From: Ruminiclostridium sp.
Lineage (GTDB): Bacteria > Bacillota > Clostridia > Oscillospirales > Ruminococcaceae
Assembly: GCA_017635095.1 (NCBI GenBank)
Contig: JAGBMA010000092.1
Coordinates: forward strand, 30,994 to 94,993
DNA length: 64,000 nucleotides
Direction: 5' to 3'
Made by a program: the position numbers and the translations under genes. This document shows, piece by piece, positions 8,919-18,951 of the stretch. Under the pieces are notes generated by a model, which made no database searches, was not told where the DNA came from, and saw nothing but the letters and a program-made list of their open reading frames with translations. Within the stretch, counting starts at the first letter, position 1; the number at the start of each line of letters is the position of its first letter.

Positions 8919-10418
8919 ATGACAGCAGAAAAGAAAAAAGGATTTGACAACGATTTATATCTGAAGACCCAGTCGGAGCATATCCGCGAGAGGATCTCCC
9001 ATTTCGGTGACAAGCTTTACCTCGAATTCGGAGGAAAGCTCTTCGACGATTACCACGCTTCAAGAGTTCTACCGGGATTCATGCCGGACAGTAAGCTCCG
9101 TATGCTCCTCCAGCTCAAAGAAGATGCAGAAATAGTTATCGTGATAAACTCCTCGGATATCGAAAAGAACAAGATCAGAAGTGACCTCGGTATAACTTAC
9201 GACGTTGATGTCGTTCGTCTGATCGGCGTGTTCAGGCGGTTCGGTATGCTCGTCAGCAGCGTCGTGCTCACTCAGTACGAAAATCAGGTCTCCGCAGACG
9301 CTTTTGCGGAGAGACTTGCATCAATGGGTGTAAAGGTATATCACCATTACCGCATCAGCGGCTATCCCTCCAATATCCCGCTCATCATGAGCGACGAAGG
9401 CTACGGAAAGAATGATTTCATAGAGACTACCCGTCATCTTGTCGTAGTAACCGCGCCCGGCCCCGGAAGCGGAAAAATGGCTACCTGCCTTTCTCAGCTC
9501 TACCATGAGCATAAGCGCGGAAGAAATGCCGGATACGCAAAATTTGAGACATTCCCGATATGGAACCTTCCGCTCAAACACCCGGTAAATATAGCTTATG
9601 AGGCTGCAACATCGGATCTTAACGATGTGAATATGATAGACCCTTTCCACCTCGAAGCATACGGCAAGACCACGGTGAACTACAACCGTGACGTCGAGAT
9701 CTTCCCTGTTCTCAACGCTATGTTCGAGAGCATATTCGGCAAGTCGCCGTACAGATCCCCTACCGATATGGGCGTCAATATGGCAGGAAACTGCATAATA
9801 GATGACGATGTGGTGTGTGAAGCTGCAAAGGAAGAGATAATCAGAAGATACTACATCGGTCGCTGTGACCACCGCAAGGGTCTTATCACGGAAGATGAGG
9901 TGTATAAGCTCGAACTCCTAATGAAACAGGCAGGCGTAAAGACCGAGGACAGAAAGGTCGTTGCACCCGCCCTCGCCAAGGAAGAAGCTACCGGCAGCCC
10001 CGCAGCCGCAATGGAGCTTCCGGACGGTACTATTCTTACCGGAAAGACTTCAAAGCTCCTCGGTGCCTCCTCTGCCCTGCTTCTTAATGCGCTCAAATAT
10101 TTCGGTGACATTGACGACGAAAAGCTTCTCATGTCTCCGAATGTTATCCAGCCTATACAGGATCTCAAAGTCAATCACTTCGGAAACGCAAATCCCCGGC
10201 TGCATACCGACGAAACGCTTCTCGCACTCTCGATCTGCGCTACCACCAATGAGGACGCCAAAAAAGCCATGGAGCAGCTCTCAAAGCTCCGCGGCTGCGA
10301 AGTGCACTCAACAGTCATTCTTTCCGCCGCAGACGAGCGAACATTCAAAAGACTCGGCGTAAATCTCACCTGCGAGCCGAAATACGGTACTCCCGAGAGC
10401 CGCGCAGAAGAGAACTGA
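8919..10418 (+). CDS. DUF1846 (UPF0371) family protein
   Basis: MTAEKKKGFDNDLYLKTQSEHIRERISHFGDKLYLEFGGKLFDDYHASRVLPGF is the typical N-terminus of the UPF0371 family. A TTGAAA-17-TATAAT promoter lies at 8854-8882. Confidence 0.75.
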   Translation: MTAEKKKGFDNDLYLKTQSEHIRERISHFGDKLYLEFGGKLFDDYHASRVLPGFMPDSKLRMLLQLKEDAEIVIVINSSDIEKNKIRSDLGITYDVDVVRLIGVFRRFGMLVSSVVLTQYENQVSADAFAERLASMGVKVYHHYRISGYPSNIPLIMSDEGYGKNDFIETTRHLVVVTAPGPGSGKMATCLSQLYHEHKRGRNAGYAKFETFPIWNLPLKHPVNIAYEAATSDLNDVNMIDPFHLEAYGKTTVNYNRDVEIFPVLNAMFESIFGKSPYRSPTDMGVNMAGNCIIDDDVVCEAAKEEIIRRYYIGRCDHRKGLITEDEVYKLELLMKQAGVKTEDRKVVAPALAKEEATGSPAAAMELPDGTILTGKTSKLLGASSALLLNALKYFGDIDDEKLLMSPNVIQPIQDLKVNHFGNANPRLHTDETLLALSICATTNEDAKKAMEQLSKLRGCEVHSTVILSAADERTFKRLGVNLTCEPKYGTPESRAEEN

Positions 10419-10419
10419 T

Positions 10420-11208
10420 ATGAGAGTAGTATCTGTGTGCAGCTCCAGCAAAGCTAACTGCACATATATAGAAAGCGGCGGGACAGGCTTTCTCGTTGAT
10501 GTCGGCTGCAGCTACAAAATGCTGTGCGACGGTCTGAAAATGGCGGATCGCGACATCTCCTGCGTGAAAGCCGTTTTCATCACCCACGAACACACCGACC
10601 ATATTAACGGTCTGCTCATGCTCACAAAAAAACTCGCTGTTCCCGTCTATGCGTCCGAGGGAACGCTCGGTATGATACTTGCAAAAAACAAAGCGAGCGC
10701 GGGAGCGGATCTAAGGCTTATAAACGATCTCGGTAACGCACCTGTGAATGTGAGCGTCACCGCGTTTCATACGCCCCATGACAGCGCAGAGAGCGTGTGC
10801 TATACATTCAGGGATCCGGAGAACAAGATCGCGGTCTGCACGGATCTCGGTCATGTGACGCCGGAAGTACGCGAAAATCTTACAGGATCACGTTTTGTGC
10901 TTATCGAAGCAAATTACGACCCGGAAATGATGACCCGCAACCTTACATATCCCTACGAGCTCAAGCAGCGTATCCGCTCCGACCGGGGACATCTTTCAAA
11001 CGGTGACTGTGCGGCATTCGCAAGAGAGCTTGTGGCAAGCGGCACTGTTTCGCTGCTTCTCGGTCATCTGAGCCAGAACAACAACACTCCCGAAATAGCG
11101 GTAAGGACCGTTGAAAATGCACTATCCACCTCAGGTGCGGTGCGCGGCAGGGATTATATCCTTGATGCGGCAGCCGTAGTCGGAAGCGGAAAGGCTATTG
11201 CTGTATAA
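10420..11208 (+). CDS. MBL-fold metallo-hydrolase
   Basis: ITHEHTDHINGL (the HxHxDH motif). The 262-aa length is YycJ-like. Confidence 0.8.
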   Translation: MRVVSVCSSSKANCTYIESGGTGFLVDVGCSYKMLCDGLKMADRDISCVKAVFITHEHTDHINGLLMLTKKLAVPVYASEGTLGMILAKNKASAGADLRLINDLGNAPVNVSVTAFHTPHDSAESVCYTFRDPENKIAVCTDLGHVTPEVRENLTGSRFVLIEANYDPEMMTRNLTYPYELKQRIRSDRGHLSNGDCAAFARELVASGTVSLLLGHLSQNNNTPEIAVRTVENALSTSGAVRGRDYILDAAAVVGSGKAIAV

Positions 11209-11211
11209 TAT

Positions 11212-12135
11212 ATGACATTTGAATTTTCCGATGACAATAAGCGCTATCATACCCTTAGCTACCATAACAGGCATACTTACGGCAGGCGCGTCGCAAAAGC
11301 CGTGATAGACGCGGGCTTTACCTGCCCGAACATCGACGGCACCAAAAGCCATGGAGGCTGTATTTTCTGCAGCGGCGGCAGCGGATACTTCACAAACGGA
11401 CCTGCGGTTCCGATAAGTGAACAGATCAGGCTTGAGAAAGAACGTATTCACAGGAAATATCCGGACGCACTTATTATTGCATATTTTCAGGCTCATACGA
11501 ACACCTACGCCGATATCGCCACTCTCGAAAAGCGATATATGGAAGCAGTGAACGCGGGTGTAGCCGGTATCTCGATCGCAACACGGACAGACTGCATCGA
11601 CCGCGAAAAGATCGCGCTCATAAAGTCCCTGCCCTGCCCCGTTACCGTAGAGCTCGGGCTTCAGTCCATTTTCGACAGAACGACCCACAATATGAACTGC
11701 TGTCACAGCAGCTCGTCGTTCCTGTCCGCGATGTTCCTGCTCAGAAAAAACAATGTACGAACCTGTGTTCATATCATAAACGGGCTTCCGGAAGAAACAC
11801 CGGAAATGATGCTCAAAACGGCGGAATCTCTCGGCAAACAACGGCCTGATGCAGTCAAGATACACCTGCTACATGTGATAAAGGACACATTTCTGTACAA
11901 TATGTACGAACGCGGCGAATATACTCCCATGACAAAGGAAGCTTACATAGATACCGTTGTTCGTCAGCTCGAATACCTTCCCCCGGAGACGGTCATCGAA
12001 CGGCTCACCGGCGACGGCGACAAACGTACTCTTGCAGCGCCGATGTGGAGTGCGGACAAGATATCGGTGCTCGGCGGGATAGATAAGCGCATGAAAGAAC
12101 TCGACGTGTTACAAGGCGATAAATTCGTCCCGTAA
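11212..12135 (+). CDS. TIGR01212-type radical SAM protein (YtqA-like)
   Basis: CPNIDGTKSHGGCIFC is an atypical cluster motif. The length and the conserved ELGLQS motif fit the TIGR01212 family. Confidence 0.7.
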   Translation: MTFEFSDDNKRYHTLSYHNRHTYGRRVAKAVIDAGFTCPNIDGTKSHGGCIFCSGGSGYFTNGPAVPISEQIRLEKERIHRKYPDALIIAYFQAHTNTYADIATLEKRYMEAVNAGVAGISIATRTDCIDREKIALIKSLPCPVTVELGLQSIFDRTTHNMNCCHSSSSFLSAMFLLRKNNVRTCVHIINGLPEETPEMMLKTAESLGKQRPDAVKIHLLHVIKDTFLYNMYERGEYTPMTKEAYIDTVVRQLEYLPPETVIERLTGDGDKRTLAAPMWSADKISVLGGIDKRMKELDVLQGDKFVP

Positions 12136-12194
12136 CACGTCGTTACGTTTTTATAGGTTATTGCGCTGCTGATCGGCAGACATTAAGTACCGGA

Positions 12195-12728
12195 TCAATA
12201 ATTCTCTTTTCTTACCTCAAAGAAGCTCTGCGGGTGGCCGCATACGGGACATACGCCGGGAGCCTTCTTGCCGATAACGAGGTGTCCGCAGTTGCGGCAT
12301 TCCCAGATCGTCTCATCGCTCTTCTCGAATACTCTCTGCATATCAATATTGTTGAGAAGTGCGCGGAATCTTTCTTCATGGTGCTTTTCGATAGCGCCGA
12401 CCATTCTGAACTGAGCTGCAAGCTTTGTGAAGCCCTCTTCCTCTGCGTCCTTGGCAAATCTCTCGTACATATCTGTCCATTCGTAGTTCTCGCCGTCTGC
12501 CGCTGCAGCAAGGTTCTTTGCTGTATCGCCGAGCTCACCGAGAGCCTTGAACCAGATCTTTGCGTGTTCCTTTTCATTATTGGCTGTTGCCTCAAAGATA
12601 GCCGCGATCTGCTCATAGCCTTCCTTCTTTGCTACCGAAGCAAAGTAGGTGTACTTGTTGCGAGCCTGGGATTCGCCCGCGAATGCAGTGAGAAGGTTCT
12701 GTTCGGTCTTTGATCCTTTTAATTCCAT
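12195..12728 (-). CDS. rbr: rubrerythrin
   Basis: The N-terminal ferritin-like diiron domain ([27 protein letters not shown]) is followed by a C-terminal rubredoxin CRNCG...CPVCG. Confidence 0.9.
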   Translation of the reverse strand: MELKGSKTEQNLLTAFAGESQARNKYTYFASVAKKEGYEQIAAIFEATANNEKEHAKIWFKALGELGDTAKNLAAAADGENYEWTDMYERFAKDAEEEGFTKLAAQFRMVGAIEKHHEERFRALLNNIDMQRVFEKSDETIWECRNCGHLVIGKKAPGVCPVCGHPQSFFEVRKENY

Positions 12729-12834
12729 ATCATTGTACCTCCGTAGATGTTATTGCATTTCTGCCCTTTCATTATAACATTTTTTGCATACTCATGTCAA
12801 TACGGAATACATAATTCACTGCTGTAATATAGGC

Positions 12835-13035
12835 TCATTTCCGTTTTTTATTTTTTGGCTCTCTGAAATACATGAACCATATTATGAACTGCCCCCCTGC
12901 AAGAAGAACGAGCAGTATCATCACTACCACCGTAGCCGGGTTCCACATACCGTTGGCGGAAAAATACCATATCAGGTATATGCAGACAGCGCCGAGTATG
13001 ATCCCGTTCAGGAGCGGAGAATTACCTTTTTTCAT
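12835..13035 (-). CDS. hypothetical small two-TM membrane protein
   Basis: There are two clear hydrophobic helices and a basic tail. The start overlaps the folD stop by 4 nt, which suggests translational coupling. Confidence 0.45.
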   Translation of the reverse strand: MKKGNSPLLNGIILGAVCIYLIWYFSANGMWNPATVVVMILLVLLAGGQFIIWFMYFREPKNKKRK

Positions 13036-13871
13036 TTGCTCTGTAAGCGTTTCGCCATAAGCGTGTTCTTCATAAGCATAGCAATAGTCATGGGTCCAAC
13101 GCCGCCGGGAACGGGTGTGATATAGGAAGCCTTCGGCTCGACTTCGTCAAACTTCACGTCGCCGCAGAGCTTGTTTTCCGCGTTGCGGTTCATACCGACA
13201 TCTATAACGACCGCTCCCTCTTTCACCATGTCCGCTGTAACGAAATCAGCCTTGCCCACAGCGCTTACAAGTATATCCGCGCAGCGGCATACTTCAGCAA
13301 GATCTTTAGTGTGGGAATGACAGATAGTAACGGTCGCGTTCTCATGCAGAAGCAGCATAGCCATAGGCTTTCCCACAATGTTTGAGCGTCCGATCACAAC
13401 ACATTCCTTACCGTCTACATCGGTACCGGTGCTGTGGATAAGCTCCATAACTCCCGCGGGGGTGCAGGGCAGAAATGCGTAGTTTCCGATCACTATTCTG
13501 CCGACATTCTCCGCATGGAAAGCGTCAACATCTTTCTTTGGAGATATGGTCTTGATGATCTTCTTCTCGGTGATATGTTTCGGAAGAGGAAGCTGTACGA
13601 GTATGCCGTTTACATTCGGGTCATCATTGAGCGTCCTTACAAGTTCGCGCAGCTCCTTCTCGGTCGTTTCCTCCGGCAGAGCGTATTCGTAGGACTTTAT
13701 CCCACAAGCCTCGCAGGCTTTCTTTTTATTGTTCACATACACGCGGCTCGCGGGATCGTTTCCGACGATGATGACTGCAAGTCCGACGGTGAGCTTGTCG
13801 CGCTCTATCTCGGCTCTTACCTCGTCCTTTATCTTCTGTGAAACTGCTTTTCCGTCAATTATCTTCGCCAT
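13032..13871 (-). CDS. folD: bifunctional methylenetetrahydrofolate dehydrogenase/methenyl-THF cyclohydrolase
   Basis: MAKIIDGKAVSQKIKDEV...YVNNKKKACE...GILVQLPLP...PCTPAGV...GRSNIVGKPMAMLL...TPVPGGVGPMTIAML are the diagnostic FolD motifs. Confidence 0.93.
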   Translation of the reverse strand: MAKIIDGKAVSQKIKDEVRAEIERDKLTVGLAVIIVGNDPASRVYVNNKKKACEACGIKSYEYALPEETTEKELRELVRTLNDDPNVNGILVQLPLPKHITEKKIIKTISPKKDVDAFHAENVGRIVIGNYAFLPCTPAGVMELIHSTGTDVDGKECVVIGRSNIVGKPMAMLLLHENATVTICHSHTKDLAEVCRCADILVSAVGKADFVTADMVKEGAVVIDVGMNRNAENKLCGDVKFDEVEPKASYITPVPGGVGPMTIAMLMKNTLMAKRLQSK

Positions 13872-13888
13872 TGTTATTTTTCCTCCTG

Positions 13889-14935
13889 TTACTTGTCGCT
13901 GTCGTCAAATATGCTCTGTGCGCCGGTCTGCTCTTTTTCGGCGCGTCTGAACGCTTTCAGCGCCTTTTCTGTTTCTTCGTCATTCTTCATATCCGTATAG
14001 AACTTCTCCATACGTTTCCTGCAGGCTTCCGTGTCCTTCCAGCGCTTATATCCCGTCATTTTCTTTACCTTTATCTTGAAATACACCAGAAGTATCACAC
14101 AGAAAAGCGCTGTGGCATAACCTATGAGCTGAGAAACACGGATACCGGTGCCGCCGACATAAAGGCTGTCGGTACGGAGACCCTCGATGAATCCTCTGCC
14201 GGAGCCGTACCATATGATATACCACAGGAACTGCTCACCGTCAAAGGTCTGGATCTTCGAGATGACGAAGTGTATGAATACCAGTCCGAGTGCGCACCAA
14301 AGGCTCTCGTACAGAAAGCAGGGGTGCACAAGAGCGTATTTACCTGCCGGAAGAGCGGCCTGTGCAGCCTGCACCACCGGGTCTATCTCGATCACATTCC
14401 CCGTCATTCCCCAGGGAAGATCGCCGGCGGTAGGCGCACCGTAGGCTTCCTGGTTTATGAAGTTGCCCCAGCGCCCTATCGCCTGGCCGATAAGAAATCC
14501 GCAGCCGCCCATGTCACACAGCGGAAGCACCGGCGCTTTCCGGATCTTTGTTGTCAGTATGCCCACGATCGAACCCATGATTATGCCGCCGTATATTGCA
14601 AGCCCGCCGTCATGGATCGTGGTGAATGTCGTGATGAAATCGTATTTGAATGTATTCTCGGGATTGATGTTCCAGAAAATAACGTAGAATATCCTCGCAC
14701 CGAGAAATCCGAAAATTCCGCCGAAAAGCGCCACATCAAAGATGTCGTCACTTGTGAGCCCGACCTTCTTTCCCCGTTTCGTGCAATATACCACTGCAAG
14801 GATAAGACCTGCCGCAATTATTATCGCGTACCAGAATATTTTAAATCCGAAGAGGTCAAGAGCAACGCGGTTCACATCTATCTCACCCGAAAACAGGTTC
14901 GGGAACTCCACGCGTCTGTCATAGATGTCGTTCAT
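13889..14935 (-). CDS. lgt: prolipoprotein diacylglyceryl transferase with a C-terminal extension
   Basis: HPCFLYESLW and GQAIGRWGNFINQEAYG match the Lgt signature. Confidence 0.88.
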   Translation of the reverse strand: MNDIYDRRVEFPNLFSGEIDVNRVALDLFGFKIFWYAIIIAAGLILAVVYCTKRGKKVGLTSDDIFDVALFGGIFGFLGARIFYVIFWNINPENTFKYDFITTFTTIHDGGLAIYGGIIMGSIVGILTTKIRKAPVLPLCDMGGCGFLIGQAIGRWGNFINQEAYGAPTAGDLPWGMTGNVIEIDPVVQAAQAALPAGKYALVHPCFLYESLWCALGLVFIHFVISKIQTFDGEQFLWYIIWYGSGRGFIEGLRTDSLYVGGTGIRVSQLIGYATALFCVILLVYFKIKVKKMTGYKRWKDTEACRKRMEKFYTDMKNDEETEKALKAFRRAEKEQTGAQSIFDDSDK

Positions 14936-14962
14936 TTGTCTGTTCCTTTCTTTTGCTCTGTA

Positions 14963-16240
14963 TCAGCGGTCAAGCGGTTCTATTACCGACAGGCTGCTGT
15001 TATCCGTATCAAGGCTGCGTAGCGCTTCCATTACGTCCTCGTAAGTCACCGAAGCGGCGAGCTCAAGGTTATCATAAACGCTGATACCGATGAAATCGGA
15101 ATTCATGACCGACTTTGCAACTCCGCCGACATTGTTGAAGCCGCTTATAAGATCGCCGTATGTCATTTTCTTGACTGTATCGAAGTCCGCTCTCGGTATC
15201 CCGTCCTTTTTCAGCCTTTCAAGCTCTTTTATGACCTCTTCCGCCACCTTGTCCGGCTCACGGGAATCACCGCTTATGAGCGGAAGGAAGAAACCGCGTC
15301 CCCTGAATACTCCCGCGGAGAATGTGTCGTTTATAAGTCCGCTGTCGTAGTTTCGGGTATAGAACGGCGAGAATGTTCCGAGCGCCGAATCGAGCATGAT
15401 GTTATGAACGAGATACGACTTTGCACTTTCACGTCCGGACAGGTTCGGCATCTTGAATCCGAGCTGGAAAAGCGGAAGAGCACAATACAGCTTCTGTGTA
15501 ACACGTTTTTCCCGGACTTTTTCCGGCTCCTCGGGAACGACAGTCTCAAGTCCGAGATCTCTCGATGGTTTAAGCATCTCATCACAGATGCTCATAGCTT
15601 CATCGGGATCGAAATTGCCCGCAATGGAAAGAGTCATGTTGTTAAGGTTGTAGAATGTGTTGTAACAGCGGTACAGCAGCTCCTTATTGATCTGAGCGAT
15701 GCTCTCGACGGTACCCGCAATATCTATCCTTACCGGATTATTGTGGTAAACAGCACCCAGCCCGTTGAAGAATACTCTCCAGCCCGGATCGTCAAGATAT
15801 ATCTTTATCTCCTGGGCGATTATGCCCTGCTCTTTCTGAACATTTTCATCGGTGAAATACGGGTTCTGAACAAAGTCAAGGAGCGTGCGGAGATTTTCTC
15901 CGAAGTGCTCCGCGCAGGTGAAATGATATGCCGTGGTATCAAATGAAGTGTACGCGTTTGAATATGCGCCGGTCTTTGAGAAGTTCTCAAACGCGTTGCA
16001 CTCTTCACCCTCAAAAAGCTTGTGCTCAAGATAATGGGCTATTCCCTCGGGAACGGTTATAAGGTCTTCGTCTTCATTCGTCCTGAAAGTGGTATCAACG
16101 GAGCCGTACCGCGTTCCGAATATTGCAAAGGCGGTACTGAACCCTTTCATCGGGTAAAGACAGATCGTAAGTCCGCTGTCATGCTTTATCCGTGTGTAAT
16201 GCTCACCGAGGCGGCTGCTTTCGAGTATTTCCTTTTTCAT
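14963..16240 (-). CDS. M16 family zinc peptidase, catalytic-type subunit (YmfH-like)
   Basis: HYLEHKLFEG contains the inverted zinc motif HxxEH. The 425-aa protein is paired with a second M16 gene. Confidence 0.8.
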   Translation of the reverse strand: MKKEILESSRLGEHYTRIKHDSGLTICLYPMKGFSTAFAIFGTRYGSVDTTFRTNEDEDLITVPEGIAHYLEHKLFEGEECNAFENFSKTGAYSNAYTSFDTTAYHFTCAEHFGENLRTLLDFVQNPYFTDENVQKEQGIIAQEIKIYLDDPGWRVFFNGLGAVYHNNPVRIDIAGTVESIAQINKELLYRCYNTFYNLNNMTLSIAGNFDPDEAMSICDEMLKPSRDLGLETVVPEEPEKVREKRVTQKLYCALPLFQLGFKMPNLSGRESAKSYLVHNIMLDSALGTFSPFYTRNYDSGLINDTFSAGVFRGRGFFLPLISGDSREPDKVAEEVIKELERLKKDGIPRADFDTVKKMTYGDLISGFNNVGGVAKSVMNSDFIGISVYDNLELAASVTYEDVMEALRSLDTDNSSLSVIEPLDR

Positions 16241-17520
16241 TCCTCACCAGCCTCCTTGTCCGTGCTCAGTACATATACGGTGTCAAGCTTCAGCGATGCC
16301 GCGGCTTCCATTATATCCTCTCTGGTCACTGCATTTATCCGTTCTATGATCTCCTCCGGAGGTTCCGCATACTCCGGGAAAAGTATATTAGACAAGCACC
16401 TTGAAGTGATCCCGCCGACCGTATCGGAGACTGCACGGATAATATTTATGATATAGAGCTTGACTTTTTCTGTTTCATCGTCGGTGAAATTACCATTCAC
16501 TATCTCATCGAGCTGATGCAGGCATTCACTCTCCGCGGCTTCAAGGTTTTTCCGGTCAACCCCGCATTCCGTGGTGACAAACCCCTTAGCGAACCCGAGC
16601 CTTGAATAGCAGTAATAACACAGCGACATCTTTTCACGAACTATGCTGAACAGCTTTGAGGATTCCGTGCCGCCGTAGAGATGCTGCATCACCATGAGCG
16701 GGTACTTTTTACGGTACCTGTCCGAAGTCTTGAAGAACATCACGAGCTTGCTCTGCTCTATGTCAAGCGTCTCTTCTATGCGTGATACCTCGGGCTTTGT
16801 GCAGCTTACCTTTGTCTCCGGCAGTTCCTCGGGTCTTCGGTCTGTTTTGGAGAATGCTTCCGCGAACATATCCGAAATGCCGGCAAAATCACTCTCGCCG
16901 ACGCATATGACCTCGGTGCGCATTTCATTTATCATACGCTTGTACGCATTCAGCGCGGTTTCGGCGGTTATCGCCTCTACCCTGTCGTTCGTGCCGCCCC
17001 AGCGGACTTCGGCAGGCTCGCCCCTGAATGCTTCCTCATAGGCTTTGAGGTAGGAGTAATTAGTCTTATCGTTGATCTCCGCGTCGTTGTCGTCGATCTG
17101 GTTCTGCTTCTCGATCTCAAGGCTCTGAGCAGGAAACAGTCCGTTCTCAAAATACGGTCTGAACAGGCAGCCGATAAGTATCTTTGCGGTCTCACGCAGG
17201 ATATCTTCACCGTCAAGCGCGAATCTGCTGTCAAGAACTGAGGCGCTGAGTTCACAGAACTGATAATCCGCATCGGCCCTCACCGACCAGCTGATATTGG
17301 CTGAATACAGCTCGGCAAGGCGCCTGTTGAGCTTTGCCATGGTGTTGAGATCTTCGCTGCATTTTGAGAGCATTCGCGGGAGAACTGCATTCTCGGACGC
17401 TTTTTCGGAAAGCTTCGTGATAAATATGACGCTTATCCGGTTGATCTTGAATTTTTCATCTGTTACGGAGGTAAAATACACGCCGTCCGCAATGGGTTTT
17501 CTGTTGTAGAGATTGTCCAA
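16237..17520 (-). CDS. M16 family peptidase-like protein, non-catalytic type (YmfF-like)
   Basis: M16-like length and architecture without HxxEH. It overlaps the downstream M16 gene by 4 nt. Confidence 0.65.
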   Translation of the reverse strand: MDNLYNRKPIADGVYFTSVTDEKFKINRISVIFITKLSEKASENAVLPRMLSKCSEDLNTMAKLNRRLAELYSANISWSVRADADYQFCELSASVLDSRFALDGEDILRETAKILIGCLFRPYFENGLFPAQSLEIEKQNQIDDNDAEINDKTNYSYLKAYEEAFRGEPAEVRWGGTNDRVEAITAETALNAYKRMINEMRTEVICVGESDFAGISDMFAEAFSKTDRRPEELPETKVSCTKPEVSRIEETLDIEQSKLVMFFKTSDRYRKKYPLMVMQHLYGGTESSKLFSIVREKMSLCYYCYSRLGFAKGFVTTECGVDRKNLEAAESECLHQLDEIVNGNFTDDETEKVKLYIINIIRAVSDTVGGITSRCLSNILFPEYAEPPEEIIERINAVTREDIMEAAASLKLDTVYVLSTDKEAGEE

Positions 17521-17539
17521 TTGTACTTTCCTTTCTTTT

Positions 17540-18022
17540 TCAAAAGTCTATCTCTATATGTTCGGCATTTATAGAGCCGTCCTCGTCAATATTGATGATA
17601 CCGTATGTAGGAGCCTTTCCTCCCCTCGGGAGCACGGGGCTTCCGGGATTGAACAGCAGCACCCCGTTCACGGTCTCATTGAACGGGACGTGGGTGTGTC
17701 CGAAAAGCGCTGCATCACAGCCGTTCACCACTGCAGTCGCCGAGAGCCGGTCACTCAGCAGCGACCGGTCGAACCTGTGGCCGTGGCACATATAGAAGCG
17801 CTTCCCGCCGAGTTCCGTCACAAGGCACTGCGGGTGATCTTCCCAGTCGTTATTACCTTTTATAAATATGAACGGTTTGTTGTAAAAGACGGACTGAACA
17901 TCATAAAATTCCCGTTCTCCGTCGCCGAGATGTATGAACAGATCAGAGTCTATGTTCTGCTCCACTATCCGGTATAAGGTATCGAAGTCTCCGTGAGTAT
18001 CGGAAACAACGGTAATATTCAT
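17540..18022 (-). CDS. YfcE/MJ0936-family metallophosphoesterase
   Basis: VSDTHGD...HLGDG...GNND...GHTH are the phosphoesterase motifs. 160 aa. Confidence 0.85.
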   Translation of the reverse strand: MNITVVSDTHGDFDTLYRIVEQNIDSDLFIHLGDGEREFYDVQSVFYNKPFIFIKGNNDWEDHPQCLVTELGGKRFYMCHGHRFDRSLLSDRLSATAVVNGCDAALFGHTHVPFNETVNGVLLFNPGSPVLPRGGKAPTYGIINIDEDGSINAEHIEIDF

Positions 18023-18181
18023 TTTATCGCCTCCGGAAGCTCATACAGAGCATCAATGATTTATTATATCACATTTCCGAAAAAAAATCAACTTTTAATT
18101 GACAATCGGCAGATAAAATAGTAAAATAAAACCATAGAACTATTTCAATTCACAATTGTTCGGTGCTATAAAGCTTGGTTT

Positions 18182-18667
18182 ATGGGAGTTATAATGGATC
18201 GGATATTGTTTTTTTCCTTGATCGGGATATGCTGCTTTGCGGCATTTATTGTGAATACGAAGCATTTATATGATTCTGTGCTGTTTTACAATGAGGTCAA
18301 AAATTTACGGAAGCTCAAAAAGTTTTCTGCGACTGTCATCTATGAAAGCACATCATTGCTGAATATGATGGCGTCAGTCAAAAGCGGCAGCGGACCTACA
18401 TCCGTAAAAATGGCAGTTGAAGCAATGTCCCACGGTAATAAACTCTATGAAATGGTATGCGCACATGATAAGCGAATAAGGGAAGGCGCGAATGTTGAAG
18501 TAATTCTCTGCAAAAAGAAGAAACTGTTTGCATTCTCTGTTCAGCAGATAAAAAATGCTTTGGTAACATATTCAACCTATACCGTTCTTTTTCTGTGCGC
18601 TTCTTTGTTTATGTTCTGGAATGTGTATTCTGCTGCTGTTAAACTCTTCAGCATTCTTAATTCTTAA
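18182..18667 (+). CDS. hypothetical membrane protein
   Basis: N- and C-terminal hydrophobic helices. A TTGACA-17-TAAAAT promoter candidate lies at about 18099-18127. No family recognised. Confidence 0.4.
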   Translation: MGVIMDRILFFSLIGICCFAAFIVNTKHLYDSVLFYNEVKNLRKLKKFSATVIYESTSLLNMMASVKSGSGPTSVKMAVEAMSHGNKLYEMVCAHDKRIREGANVEVILCKKKKLFAFSVQQIKNALVTYSTYTVLFLCASLFMFWNVYSAAVKLFSILNS

Positions 18668-18678
18668 TTTGTTTCGGG

Positions 18679-18951
18679 GTGATGTTTATGACCAGTATTC
18701 TTATGTCTCTCGGCGATACTCCCGCGGGAGAAGGCTTCGGCGGAGTTCTTGTATCCGCGCTTCTTGCATTCGGTACAATGGCGCTCATATACGGGGTGCT
18801 CGTACTGATAGACCGGTACCATAAAAAGCATATGAACGATGAAAAGCCCCCGGAGAAGCCTGCAGAGCCGCCTCAGCCCAAGACCTTCCCGCAGGTCCTA
18901 TCCGAGCAGATACATAAATCCGAAGAAAAGGACGGTGACAGGCGGGCATGA
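18679..18951 (+). CDS. small single-TM protein with a Pro/Glu-rich tail (OadG-like topology)
   Basis: The TM segment GGVLVSALLAFGTMALIYGVLVLI is followed by KPPEKPAEPPQPK. The stop overlaps the mnmA start. Confidence 0.4.
   Translation: MMFMTSILMSLGDTPAGEGFGGVLVSALLAFGTMALIYGVLVLIDRYHKKHMNDEKPPEKPAEPPQPKTFPQVLSEQIHKSEEKDGDRRA

Noticed and set aside
13838-15022. 394-aa ORF on the plus strand
   Set aside because: It is antisense to lgt (13889-14935), whose translation carries the Lgt signature. There is no RBS and the sequence is low complexity.
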